The notes: generated by a model not told the origin, from the letters alone. Counted from the first letter of the stretch, positions 18,058 through 27,032 are shown. The stretch is 64,000 nucleotides of DNA from Candidatus Brocadiia bacterium (GCA_050015075.1 JBEKCB010000004.1:96001-160000); one strand, 5' to 3'. Numbers and translations: made by a program.

Positions 18058-20175
18058 GTGAAGTACCTCCCTTTCGTCAGCGCGGCGCTGCTCCTCGCGA
18101 GCGCCTGTCCTGCATGGGCGCTGGAACCCGCCAATCTCAAGGCCGACGCGCAGGCCCGCGCGATCCTCAATTACCTGGAGAGGCTTCCGCGGCAGGCCGA
18201 CAAGAGGCTGCTCTCGGGGCAGTTCATTAATTTCGGCCCTTCCGCCAAGCTGGAGATCTGCTCGGAGATCCACGATAAGACGGGCCACTGGCCGGCGATC
18301 ATCGGCTTGGACTACGCCGACTTCGCCAGGGGCGGCCTGGTGTACAAGACCGTCAACCGCCTGGCCGTCGAGTACGCCCGGCAAGGCGGCCTGATCACCA
18401 TCTCCGCGCACCTCTACAACCCGGCGAATCCCAACGGCGGCGGCCTCCGCGACGAGGGTGTGGACCTGCAGAAACTCCTCTCGCCCGGCAACGACGCCCA
18501 TGACCGCTGGATGAAGGAACTGGACACCCTCGCCGCCGGGCTGAAGGAGTTGCAGGACGCCGGCGTGGTCGTCCTTTGGCGGCCGTTCCACGAGATGAAC
18601 GGCGGCTGGTTCTGGTGGGGCGCGAAGGACCCCGAGACCTTCATCCGCCTCTGGCGGCACATGTTCGATTACTTCACCGGGACCAAGGGCTTGAACAACC
18701 TGCTATGGGTCTACTCGCCCAACCACGGCGACAAGACCGCCGACTACTATGCCGGGGACCAGTACGTGGACATCGTCGGCCTCGACGCCTACACGGATTT
18801 TGTGGACCCGCAGCACATTCGCGGCTACGACGCCGTGGCCGAGCTGCCCAAACCGTTCGCCTTCACCGAGTTCGGCCCGCATGGCCCGCAAGACCCGCCG
18901 GGCGACTACGATTACCTCCGCTTCATCGGCGGCGTCGAGAAGTATTTTCCCAAGACGACTTTCTTTCTCGCCTGGAACGACAAATGGAGTCTCGCCCGGA
19001 ACCGGAACGTGAAGCAACTCCTGGAGCATCCCTGGCTGGTCAACCGCGAGGACCTGCCTGAAGCGCTGGCACCGCAGCACGCCAGTCCCTACGCGCAATG
19101 GAAGAACGGGCCGCCGAAGGATGACTCGTACTTCCCCATCGCCGTGTGGGACCAGGAGCCCAGTCATGCGGCCGAGTACCGGAAGGCGGGCATCAATCTC
19201 TACATCGGACTGTGGGACGGGCCGACCGAGGCCCAGCTCGCCGAGCTCAAGAAATGCGGGATGCCGGTCATCTGCGACCAGAATGCCGTGGGCCTGGCTC
19301 ACAAGGATGATCCGATCATTGTCGGCTGGATACGCGGCGATGAGCCCGACAACGCCCAGCCGCTCCCGGCCGGCGGCGGCTACGGACCGCCCATACTGCC
19401 GGCGAAAATCGTGGAGCAATACGAGGCGATGCGCACGGCGGATCCCTCGCGCCCGGTGCTCCTCTGGCTCGGCTTGGGCGTGGCCTGGGATGGCTGGTTC
19501 GGCCGCGGCGTGCGCACCAATCACCCCGAGGACTACGCGGAGTACGTCAAGGGGTGCGACATCGCCGCGTTCGACATCTACCCCGTGGCGGACCCGCGCC
19601 CGGAGTTCGCAGGCAAGCTGGATTTCGTCGGCCGGGGCGTGGAGCGGCTGGTCCAGTGGACTGACGGACGCCAGCCCGTCTGGGATTCCATCGAGTGCAC
19701 GCGCATCAATTCGGGCGCCAGGCCGACGCCGAAGCAGGTCAAGGCGGAAGTCTGGATCAGCCTGGTGCATGGCAGCCGCGGAATCAAGTATTTCTGCCAT
19801 GAATGGAAGCCCAAGTTCAACGATCACGCGCTTCTCGACGACCCCGATATGCTCGCTGCGGTGACGGCGATCAACCGGCAGATTCGGGAACTCGCGCCTG
19901 CGCTGAACAGCCCCACCGTCAAGGACGCGCTCAAGGTGAAATCCTCGAACAAGGACGTGCCGGTGGCCACCATGGTCAAGAAGGAAGGCGGCGCGATGTA
20001 CGTCTTTGCCGTCGCCATGGGGCCCGGCGAAACGGAAGCCGCCTTCACCCTCGACGGCCTCCCCGCCGGCGCGCAGGTCGAAGTCCTCGGCGAATACCGG
20101 AAGGTCGAGCCGGCGGATGGCAAGTTTCAGGACCGCTTTTGCGACTGGGATGTGCATCTCTACCAGATCAGGTAG
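18058..20175 (+). CDS. Bimodular secreted enzyme: GH26 beta-mannanase-like domain fused to array copy 10
   Basis: GTG 18058 after GGAGAG; signal peptide; GH26 motifs WRPFHEMNGGWFWW, DIVGLDAY, FTEFG; from 19084 the array domain without its signal (SPYAQWKNGPPKD...RGDEPDN...WDSIECT...VHLYQIR). Confidence 0.85.
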   Translation: MKYLPFVSAALLLASACPAWALEPANLKADAQARAILNYLERLPRQADKRLLSGQFINFGPSAKLEICSEIHDKTGHWPAIIGLDYADFARGGLVYKTVNRLAVEYARQGGLITISAHLYNPANPNGGGLRDEGVDLQKLLSPGNDAHDRWMKELDTLAAGLKELQDAGVVVLWRPFHEMNGGWFWWGAKDPETFIRLWRHMFDYFTGTKGLNNLLWVYSPNHGDKTADYYAGDQYVDIVGLDAYTDFVDPQHIRGYDAVAELPKPFAFTEFGPHGPQDPPGDYDYLRFIGGVEKYFPKTTFFLAWNDKWSLARNRNVKQLLEHPWLVNREDLPEALAPQHASPYAQWKNGPPKDDSYFPIAVWDQEPSHAAEYRKAGINLYIGLWDGPTEAQLAELKKCGMPVICDQNAVGLAHKDDPIIVGWIRGDEPDNAQPLPAGGGYGPPILPAKIVEQYEAMRTADPSRPVLLWLGLGVAWDGWFGRGVRTNHPEDYAEYVKGCDIAAFDIYPVADPRPEFAGKLDFVGRGVERLVQWTDGRQPVWDSIECTRINSGARPTPKQVKAEVWISLVHGSRGIKYFCHEWKPKFNDHALLDDPDMLAAVTAINRQIRELAPALNSPTVKDALKVKSSNKDVPVATMVKKEGGAMYVFAVAMGPGETEAAFTLDGLPAGAQVEVLGEYRKVEPADGKFQDRFCDWDVHLYQIR

Positions 20176-20281
20176 AGCGCCTCCGCGCTGAGTTGCGCGC
20201 TCGGCGGACCCGTGGTACGATTCAGATGCAAGTTCCGTGCAGGTCCGGCCGCTTTACTCCGAGTTGATGAAAGGCAAAACG

Positions 20282-21517
20282 ATGCTGCGAAAGAATCTGC
20301 CGGTCGGTTTGCTGCTGGCTGCCGCAATGCTGGCGGCTCCCGCCTTCGGCGCCGATGCTGAGAAAGCCGGCCTTGATCCGGCCACGAGAAAAGAGGCGCT
20401 GAAAGCCATCGAGGGTGGCGTGCAGTGGCTCAAGAGCTGCCAAAAGGAGGACGGCTCCTGGTCGTTGAAGCAGTACCCGGCCATCACCGCCCTGGCGGCG
20501 CGGGCGATCCTCGAAGACCCGTCGCGTCCGGTGAACCAGATGGACCCGGCCGCCGAAAAGGGGCTCGCGTATGTCGCCTCGTGCGCACGCCCGGACGGCG
20601 GCATCTACTGCCAGGTCCCCGTCGAAAAAGGCGGCAGCCAGGCGAACTACAACACCGCCGCCTCGCTGATCGGGATCGCCGCGGCGCACGAGACCGAGTA
20701 CGAGCCGCTCATCCGCGCCGCGCGCAGCTACCTCATACACACTCAGCATCTCGAGAAGGACGACTACTACGGCGGCTGGGGCTATGACGCCAGCCGCAAG
20801 GACCCGCACGCGGACATGAGCAACACCGGATTCACGATGCAGGCGCTGTACGTCACCGCGCGCCCGCCGAAGCCGGCCGAGACCGCCAAGCCGGCGCAGA
20901 CCGAGACACCGCCGCCTGAAGCGGTTCCCGACGATCCGAACTGGGCAGCGGCGACGGCGTTCCTCTCCCATTGCCAGAACCTGGCGTCCGATGCCGAGAA
21001 GGAGCGGGCGGTGAGCAAGCTGCCGCGGGACGTCGGCGGATTCCATTATCATCCCAATGCCAGCATGGCCGGCGGCGAGCTGGATGAGGACGGGCGGCAG
21101 ATCTGGCATTCCTATGGCAACGCCACGGCGCTTGGGCTGGAGTGTCTCCTCGAGGCCCACGTGGACCGCAAGGACCCGCGCGTCGCCGCGACGGTCAACT
21201 GGCTCCGCTCGAACTATAACCTCGCTGAGCATCCCGGCGGCATGGGCAAGTCGGGATTGTATTTCTTCTACCACACCCTCGCGCGGGCGCTCTCGATGTA
21301 CGGCGAAGAGCCGCTGAAGCGCGCGGACCAGCCGGCGGCGGACTGGCGGCGCGGGCTGATCGAGAAGCTCGTCGCCCTGCAGCGCACCGACCCGCAGACC
21401 GGCCGGAAGTACTGGGTCAACGACGACGCGCGCTGGATGGAGAACGACCCCGTGCTCGTCACCGCCTACAGCGTGCTGGCGCTCGAGACGCTCGTGAAGG
21501 CGCCGCAGAAACAGTGA
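20282..21517 (+). CDS. Secreted prenyltransferase/squalene-oxidase repeat (terpene cyclase/mutase-like) protein
   Basis: Signal peptide; QW-like repeats WLKSCQKEDGSW, GGWGY...DMSNT, CQN...GGFHY, W.END.VL.TAY. Own promoter candidate TTGCGC (20193) - 17 - TACGAT. Confidence 0.75.
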   Translation: MLRKNLPVGLLLAAAMLAAPAFGADAEKAGLDPATRKEALKAIEGGVQWLKSCQKEDGSWSLKQYPAITALAARAILEDPSRPVNQMDPAAEKGLAYVASCARPDGGIYCQVPVEKGGSQANYNTAASLIGIAAAHETEYEPLIRAARSYLIHTQHLEKDDYYGGWGYDASRKDPHADMSNTGFTMQALYVTARPPKPAETAKPAQTETPPPEAVPDDPNWAAATAFLSHCQNLASDAEKERAVSKLPRDVGGFHYHPNASMAGGELDEDGRQIWHSYGNATALGLECLLEAHVDRKDPRVAATVNWLRSNYNLAEHPGGMGKSGLYFFYHTLARALSMYGEEPLKRADQPAADWRRGLIEKLVALQRTDPQTGRKYWVNDDARWMENDPVLVTAYSVLALETLVKAPQKQ

Positions 21518-21553
21518 ACCGGGTCAGCAACTCGTTGAAGAAGCCGTTTCCTT

Positions 21554-21640
21554 TGTCACTCTGAGCGCAGCGAAGAGTCTCACACCCCTGGTCCCGCTTG
21601 CGCCAGAGGTGTGAGATTCCTCACTTCGTTCGGAATGACA
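21554..21640. repeat. ~87-bp palindromic extragenic element, family A copy 1
   Basis: TGTCACTCTGAGCGCAGCGAAGAGTCT...AGATTCCTCACTTCGTTCGGAATGACA between convergent genes; related copies at 26850 and 45642. Confidence 0.75.
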
Positions 21641-21660
21641 AATTCTGAACAGCCCGGCGG

Positions 21661-22611
21661 TTACTCCAGCGGCGTCACCTCAGTCATCTGGTCGTAGAAC
21701 CGGACGAAGTCGCTGTGGTCCGCGTCGGCCATGAACTTCATGGCGCTGCGCGGGTGCTCGTTGAGCGCTCCGGTGATCAGATACGGGATGTGATATCCCC
21801 ACTCGATAGACTTCTGCAGTGGCAGCAGATGCGACTGGATGACCGCCAGGACGGGGCGCAGGTCGAACTTCGGGTTCTTCAGGAAAGCCATGAGCAGCTC
21901 GATCGGGCAATTCCCGGCGCCGCGGCCGATGCCGTAGAGCGACCCATCCAGCCGGTTGCAATTTCGGATGATCGCCTCGATCGTGTTCGCGAACGCCAGT
22001 TGCTGGTTGTTGTGCCCGTGGAAACCCAGCGTCTTGCCCGGCAGCGCGGCGGTGCACTTCTTGACGAGTACGTCCACCTGCTCGCTGTACATGGCGCCGA
22101 AGCTGTCCACGATGTAGAAGACCGGCACGCGGCTCTTCGAGAGGTCGTTGAGCGCCTCGTCCAGGTCGCGCTCCATCACCTTGCTCATGGCCATCAGGTT
22201 GATCGTCGTCTCATACCCTTTGTCCATGCAATGCTCGGCCAGCGCGATCGCCTTGTCCATCTGGTTCACGTAACAGGCCACGCGGATCATGGATAACTGG
22301 CTCTCGCTCTTCGGCGGGATGTCGTCGAACTCGATGCGCCCGATGTCGGCCATGGCGGAGAGCTTCATCGCGGTCTTGTGGTCGCCGACGATCCGCCGCA
22401 GCGGCGCCTCGTCGCAGAACTTCCACGGGCCGTTCTCCTTGCGCGAGAAGGCGGCATCGGAGCTCTTGTAGCCGATCTCCATGTAATCCACCCCGGCGGC
22501 GGAAAGCGCCAGGTAGACCGCGCGCACGAATTCGTCCGTGAATTGCCAGTTGTTCATCAGCCCGCCGTCGCGGACCGTGCAATCCATCACCTTGATTTCG
22601 GGCCGATACAC
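21661..22611 (-). CDS. DRE-TIM metallolyase, 4-hydroxy-2-oxovalerate aldolase-like
   Basis: DCTVRDGG, YIVDSFG, GFHGHNN, GIGRGAGNC motifs; GTG start with GGGAGG RBS. Confidence 0.8.
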   Translation of the reverse strand: MYRPEIKVMDCTVRDGGLMNNWQFTDEFVRAVYLALSAAGVDYMEIGYKSSDAAFSRKENGPWKFCDEAPLRRIVGDHKTAMKLSAMADIGRIEFDDIPPKSESQLSMIRVACYVNQMDKAIALAEHCMDKGYETTINLMAMSKVMERDLDEALNDLSKSRVPVFYIVDSFGAMYSEQVDVLVKKCTAALPGKTLGFHGHNNQQLAFANTIEAIIRNCNRLDGSLYGIGRGAGNCPIELLMAFLKNPKFDLRPVLAVIQSHLLPLQKSIEWGYHIPYLITGALNEHPRSAMKFMADADHSDFVRFYDQMTEVTPLE

Positions 22612-22732
22612 AGAATCCTCCCTTTCTCTAGACAGCTAGTCCTTACCACCAAGACACCAAGGCGCGAAGAACGGATGAGTGAGGAGTACGTATTACTGTA
22701 TACCGAATGGCAAATGCCGCGCAACACTTCGC

Positions 22733-23833
22733 TCACCCTTCCAGGTCCGCGAGCGCCTTCGCCAGGACGCCCGGATCCACGGCGCGGACGTATTCGCCCT
22801 TCTCCTCGCGCGCGTGTCCGACCCGGTCGAGCAGCACAAACCGCGGCCGCGCCTCGAGCGCCTTCTTATCGCGCGACATGATTTCCAGCAGCGCGCCGGC
22901 GTTGATCTCCGGCGGAAGCTTCGCCGGCATGCCGAGCTTTCCAAGCAGCGCGGCCGAGCGGCGGCGGACGCTTTCATCCGCCAGGCGAAATTCCTCCGCG
23001 ATGCGCGCTGCGGCCAGGATGCCCAGCGCCAGCGCTTCGCCGTGCAGCAGCCGGTAGCCGCTGGCCGATTCCACAGCGTGGCCGACCGTGTGCCCGTAAT
23101 TGAGAACGCGCCGCGCGCCCTGCTCCTCGACATCCTGCTCCACGACGCGGGCCTTGATCGTGACATTGCGCTCGGCGACCGATTCAAGCGCCGCCGGATC
23201 GCGGGCCAGCAGCTCGTCCAGGTGCATCTCCAGGTACTCGAAATAAGCGGGGTCCGCGATCATCGCGTGCTTCACCGATTCCACCAGCCCCGCGCGGTAA
23301 GCCCGTTCGTCAAGCGTGGCCAGCGTCGCAACATCCACGTACACGCGCGCCGGCTGCTTGAAGACGCCGTACGCGTTCTTCGACAGCCGCGAATCCACGC
23401 CGACCTTCCCGCCGACGGACGAATCCGCCTGCGCGACCGTGGTCGTCGGAACCTGGACGTACGGAACGCCGCGCTTGAAGATCGCCGCCGCGAAGCCGCC
23501 GATGTCGCCCACCGTCCCGCCGCCCAGCGCCACGAGCAGCGAATCGCGGCCGAACTTCAGCGACTCCATCGTTTCGAGGATATCCGTCACGGTCCCGATG
23601 TGCTTGGAGACTTCGCCCGGCGGGTCAATGACGTACTGTGCCATCGGCCGGTCGCCCGTCAGGGCCGCCGCGTGGCCCGCCGCGCGGACATTCGCGTCCG
23701 TCAGCAGAAAAACGCGCCGGCGCGGGTGCAGCCGCTGCGCGTCGGCGAGCACGTCGCCGAGCACGCCGCGCCCGATCAGCACCGAGTAACTCAGGTCGTC
23801 GCTGCGCACCAGCGACACGCGAACCTCGCGCAC
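22733..23833 (-). CDS. aroB: 3-dehydroquinate synthase
   Basis: ALGGGTVGDIGGF, VPTT..AQADSSVGGKVG, KN..G.FKQP, LNYGHTVGHAVE, LHGEA, DKK; GTG 23833 with AGAGGAG RBS. Confidence 0.9.
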   Translation of the reverse strand: MREVRVSLVRSDDLSYSVLIGRGVLGDVLADAQRLHPRRRVFLLTDANVRAAGHAAALTGDRPMAQYVIDPPGEVSKHIGTVTDILETMESLKFGRDSLLVALGGGTVGDIGGFAAAIFKRGVPYVQVPTTTVAQADSSVGGKVGVDSRLSKNAYGVFKQPARVYVDVATLATLDERAYRAGLVESVKHAMIADPAYFEYLEMHLDELLARDPAALESVAERNVTIKARVVEQDVEEQGARRVLNYGHTVGHAVESASGYRLLHGEALALGILAAARIAEEFRLADESVRRRSAALLGKLGMPAKLPPEINAGALLEIMSRDKKALEARPRFVLLDRVGHAREEKGEYVRAVDPGVLAKALADLEG

Positions 23834-23966
23834 GGGCGAATCTCCTCTTCTCAATCTCGCAGTAGTAATCGGGCTCGTAACCGTAATCGGCGCCATCCAT
23901 CCACGCCGAGCGAAGGCCGAGTAAGATTGCGATGATGATTACGACGAACGATATGAAACAGGCTCT

Positions 23967-23995
23967 ATGGTAAGAGCGTTCCGTCCCGCTGTCAA
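23967..23995 (-). promoter_or_regulatory. sigma70 promoter for aroB and the aldolase gene
   Basis: Minus strand TTGACA - 17 nt - TACCAT. Confidence 0.55.
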
Positions 23996-24270
23996 CAATC
24001 GCGGGCGACCTTCCGCCGCAGATTGAGATCCCGGCACTGCTGCATCCGACGGACCGCGTCGTCGCCGTCGCAACCCCAACGCGGCCGGGCTGTCAGAGAG
24101 TGTTCGTTTTCTACGCGCGGACTGGTCAAGTTTGCGACGTATGCGACGGCGTTTCCGAGCCTGCGGCACACTTATTCCGTTCACGCAGATGGTCAGAAGT
24201 CCTTATTGCCGTTCAATCTATAGCAATTATGTCTTCGTCGAAGACCAGTACAGACTCAACTTTTTCCGTT

Positions 24271-24287
24271 TCGGTACGATGATTGCT
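24271..24287 (+). promoter_or_regulatory. sigma54 (-24/-12) promoter of the pilin gene
   Basis: TCGGTACGATGATTGCT: GG-N10-GC spacing with TTGCT, about 80 nt upstream of the pilin start; sigma54 control of pilA is established in several phyla. Confidence 0.6.
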
Positions 24288-24365
24288 TAGAGTGCAAGAG
24301 TCGGCGCGGGCGCTGTGGGCGTCCGGGCATTCTGGTTTTTGGCAATGTGCAGGAAAGGAGAGGCC

Positions 24366-24782
24366 GTGAAGAAGATTGTGCAGCAGATGCGGCGCGGGGG
24401 AGCGTTCACGTTGGTTGAGCTGATGATCGTGGTGACGATCGTGGCCATTCTGGCCTTGATCGCCATTCCGCTCTATTCGGCGAACACGACCGCCGCGATC
24501 ATGTCCGAGGGAGTCGCCGGCGCAGGCACGATCCGCACCGCGCTGCGGACCTATTACTCCCAGAACGGCAGCTACACTGGTGCGACGATGGGTACCCTTA
24601 CAATCGGCGCGGCCGACCTGCAAGGCAAGTATTTCGCGCAGACGGACTACTCGCTGCTCAACGTCACCGCCTCGACTTACACGATCCAGGCAGGGCCGCC
24701 TTCACAGACAACCAAGACGACCCAGTACTACCAGATCAACCAGCTCGGTTCGGAACTGGGCACGTATTACACGAACCAGTAG
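24366..24782 (+). CDS. Type IV pilin (prepilin with N-methylation site)
   Basis: Basic leader MKKIVQQMRRGGA|FTLVELMIVVTIVAILALIAIPLY with Glu at +5; GTG start after AAAGGAGA. Confidence 0.9.
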   Translation: MKKIVQQMRRGGAFTLVELMIVVTIVAILALIAIPLYSANTTAAIMSEGVAGAGTIRTALRTYYSQNGSYTGATMGTLTIGAADLQGKYFAQTDYSLLNVTASTYTIQAGPPSQTTKTTQYYQINQLGSELGTYYTNQ

Positions 24783-24800
24783 GGATGCCGGATTCGGGTA

Positions 24801-24858
24801 GAAGCCGGAAGACGGGATCGCTTCGCGGATGTCTGCGAGGATCTCCTCTTCCGGCTTC
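24801..24858. terminator. Long hairpin between convergent genes, probable bidirectional terminator
   Basis: GAAGCCGGAAGA ... TCTTCCGGCTTC 12-bp arms with further internal pairing. Confidence 0.55.
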
Positions 24859-24891
24859 GCTGCGTTGTGAGATGCAGCGCGGCCGGGAAAG

Positions 24892-25830
24892 CTAAGTCTT
24901 CCGCAGGATGTCCGCCCCGCCCTCGGCGATCTCGAGGACCGCCGCCACCAGCAGTTGCGCGCTGCGGAACACGTTCTCGAGGCTCACGCGTTCGGGGATG
25001 TCGCCGGGCAGATGGTACTCCTTATCGCCGCCGCCCCCCGTGTTCATCACCGTCGTAGTAAAGCCCGCCTTGATGTACATGCCATCGTCGTCATTCACAT
25101 GCGGCTTGAAGAACGTCCGCACGTCCAGGCCGATGTTGTAGCGGACCGCGCAAGTCGCGATCAAGTCGGCCAGGGGCCGGCCTTCGTCGGTGCTGTAGCC
25201 GATGGCGTGGATCAGCTTGCCGGCGGCCATCAGCTCGTCCGACTTGGAGTCCAGCCCGTCCACGTTCAGCACGGCGATGATGCGGTCGCCGCGCGCGGCG
25301 GCGGCTTCCGCCGCGGGGCGGCTGGTCCAGGGCCAATGTTCCTCGTTGCAGAAGAGCACGCGCACCGACCGCTTCAGATCGCACCCGGCCAGAACTCGCG
25401 CCACCTCCATATTGGCCACGGTGCCGGTGCAGTTGTCATGGGCGCCGGGCGAATCAATCCAGCTCATGGAGTCCTTGTGCGAGATCAACTGGATGAGCTC
25501 CTCGGGGTGCTCGCGGCCGGGATGGGTCGCCTGGAGGTTTGCCGCTTCGAACCATGGGTCGTTCGGTTCGGGCGGGGAGAACCACTGGTTGGGCGGCTGC
25601 TTGGTCCTGTCGCAGCGAAAGGCTTGCACCTTGTGCTGCGTCGTCGTCACCTCGTAACCGGCCGCCTCGAGCTGGCCGCGGATGTAGGCGTCGGCCTCGG
25701 CCAGCGAGTTGACGCTGCGGCCCGGCCGCGTGTAGTTCACTTTGCGGAACGGCAAGGGATCGCGGCAGAGATAGAAGAGGTCGCGGCGGATTCGGTCAGC
25801 GGACACTTTCTGAAGCGTGTCTCGGATCAT
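24892..25830 (-). CDS. M28 family metallopeptidase, copy A (complete di-zinc ligand set)
   Basis: SHKDS, PGAHDN, CNEEH, LNVDG and YH..GD motifs. Confidence 0.8.
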   Translation of the reverse strand: MIRDTLQKVSADRIRRDLFYLCRDPLPFRKVNYTRPGRSVNSLAEADAYIRGQLEAAGYEVTTTQHKVQAFRCDRTKQPPNQWFSPPEPNDPWFEAANLQATHPGREHPEELIQLISHKDSMSWIDSPGAHDNCTGTVANMEVARVLAGCDLKRSVRVLFCNEEHWPWTSRPAAEAAAARGDRIIAVLNVDGLDSKSDELMAAGKLIHAIGYSTDEGRPLADLIATCAVRYNIGLDVRTFFKPHVNDDDGMYIKAGFTTTVMNTGGGGDKEYHLPGDIPERVSLENVFRSAQLLVAAVLEIAEGGADILRKT

Positions 25831-26771
25831 GATTGAACCCTCTTTGGCAGGATGTTTGTGCCGCCCTCGACGATCTCGAGCACCGTCGCCAGCAGCAGTT
25901 GCGTGCTGCGCACGAGGTTCTCGAGGTTCACGCGTTCGGGGATGTCGCCGGACATGTGGTACTCCGAATCGCCGCCGCCGCCGGTGTTCATCACCGCGGT
26001 GCGGTAACCCGCCTTGATGTACATGCCGTCATCGCCATTCGGCTGCGGCTTGGCGAAGATCCGCACGTCCAGGCGGATGCCGTAGCGGGCCGCGCAAGCG
26101 GCGATGAAGTCGGCCAGCGGGTGGCCTTCATCGGTGCTGTAGGCGATGGAGTGGATCAGGTTCCCCACGAGCATGTCCTTGTCCGGCTTGTCATCCAGGC
26201 CGACCTGGTTCAGAACGGCGATGATGCGGTCGCCGCGGGCGGCGGCGGCTTCCGCTGCGAAGCGGCTGGTCCACGGCCAATGCTCCTCGTTGCAGAAAAG
26301 CACGCGCACCGACCGTTTCAGGTCGCAGCCGGCCAGAATCCGCGCCATCTCCAGGTTCGCCACGACGCCGGTGGCGTTGTCATGAGCGCCGGGCGAGTCA
26401 ATCCAGCTCTGGGAGTCCTTGGGCGAAATCAACTGGATGATCTCCTCGGGCTGTGCGCGGCCAAGCCGGGTCACCTCGAGGTTCGCCGCGTCATACCAGG
26501 GGTCGCTCGGGTCGGGCGGAGAGTACCAGTGATGCAGCGGCTTGGTCTTATCGCAGCGCCAGGCCTGCACCTTGTGGTGGGTCGTCGTCACGTCGTAGCC
26601 GGCCGATTTGAGCTGGCCGCTGATGTAGGCGTCGGCCTCGGCCAGCGAGTTGACACTCTGCCCAGGCCGGGTGTAGTTCACCTTGCGGAACGGCAAGGGA
26701 TCGCGGCTGAGGTAGAAAAGATCGCGGCGGATGCGGTCGGCGGACACTTTCTGAAGCGCATCTCCGATCAT
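25827..26771 (-). CDS. M28 family metallopeptidase, copy B (tandem paralog with two zinc ligands substituted)
   Basis: Collinear with copy A, but SPKDS and LNQVG replace SHKDS and LNVDG; ATG 26771. Confidence 0.75.
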   Translation of the reverse strand: MIGDALQKVSADRIRRDLFYLSRDPLPFRKVNYTRPGQSVNSLAEADAYISGQLKSAGYDVTTTHHKVQAWRCDKTKPLHHWYSPPDPSDPWYDAANLEVTRLGRAQPEEIIQLISPKDSQSWIDSPGAHDNATGVVANLEMARILAGCDLKRSVRVLFCNEEHWPWTSRFAAEAAAARGDRIIAVLNQVGLDDKPDKDMLVGNLIHSIAYSTDEGHPLADFIAACAARYGIRLDVRIFAKPQPNGDDGMYIKAGYRTAVMNTGGGGDSEYHMSGDIPERVNLENLVRSTQLLLATVLEIVEGGTNILPKRVQS

Positions 26772-26849
26772 GATTGAACTCTCCACAAGATTATGCGGTC
26801 GAATTGCGAGTATCTCGTTCAGGGATTAACACGCATAAGTCCAGACCGC

Positions 26850-26935
26850 GTCACCCTGAGCGCAGCGAAGGGTCTCATACCACAATCCGTTGCCTGCACG
26901 CAACGTATGAGATTCCTCGCTTCGCTCGGAATGAC
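26850..26935. repeat. Palindromic extragenic element, family A copy 2
   Basis: GTCACCCTGAGCGCAGCGAAGGGTCT...AGATTCCTCGCTTCGCTCGGAATGAC. Confidence 0.75.
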
Positions 26936-27032
26936 CGCGCATTACACAACCTATCTTGAAACGCCACACTAGAGAGATCGGCGACTTCGAGGACGCGGCG
27001 CCACACATGACCGCCCTGCCCGGCGCGCGGCG

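Noticed and set aside
5101-20157. Repeated ~400-aa antisense ORFs (MHVPVAE...) opposite each array gene, and other long shadow ORFs such as 33694-36165
   Set aside because: Typical stop-poor antisense frames of high-GC coding DNA; no recognisable motifs, and they mirror the sense genes.
4882-20175. Diversity-generating retroelement as the source of paralog variation
   Set aside because: No reverse transcriptase, no non-coding template repeat, and the differences are not adenine-specific or confined to one C-terminal region.
4882-20175. Array as a pure assembly artefact
   Set aside because: Every copy has many private substitutions and indels with intact frames, and unrelated genes are interleaved. 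Local chimeras cannot be excluded without reads.
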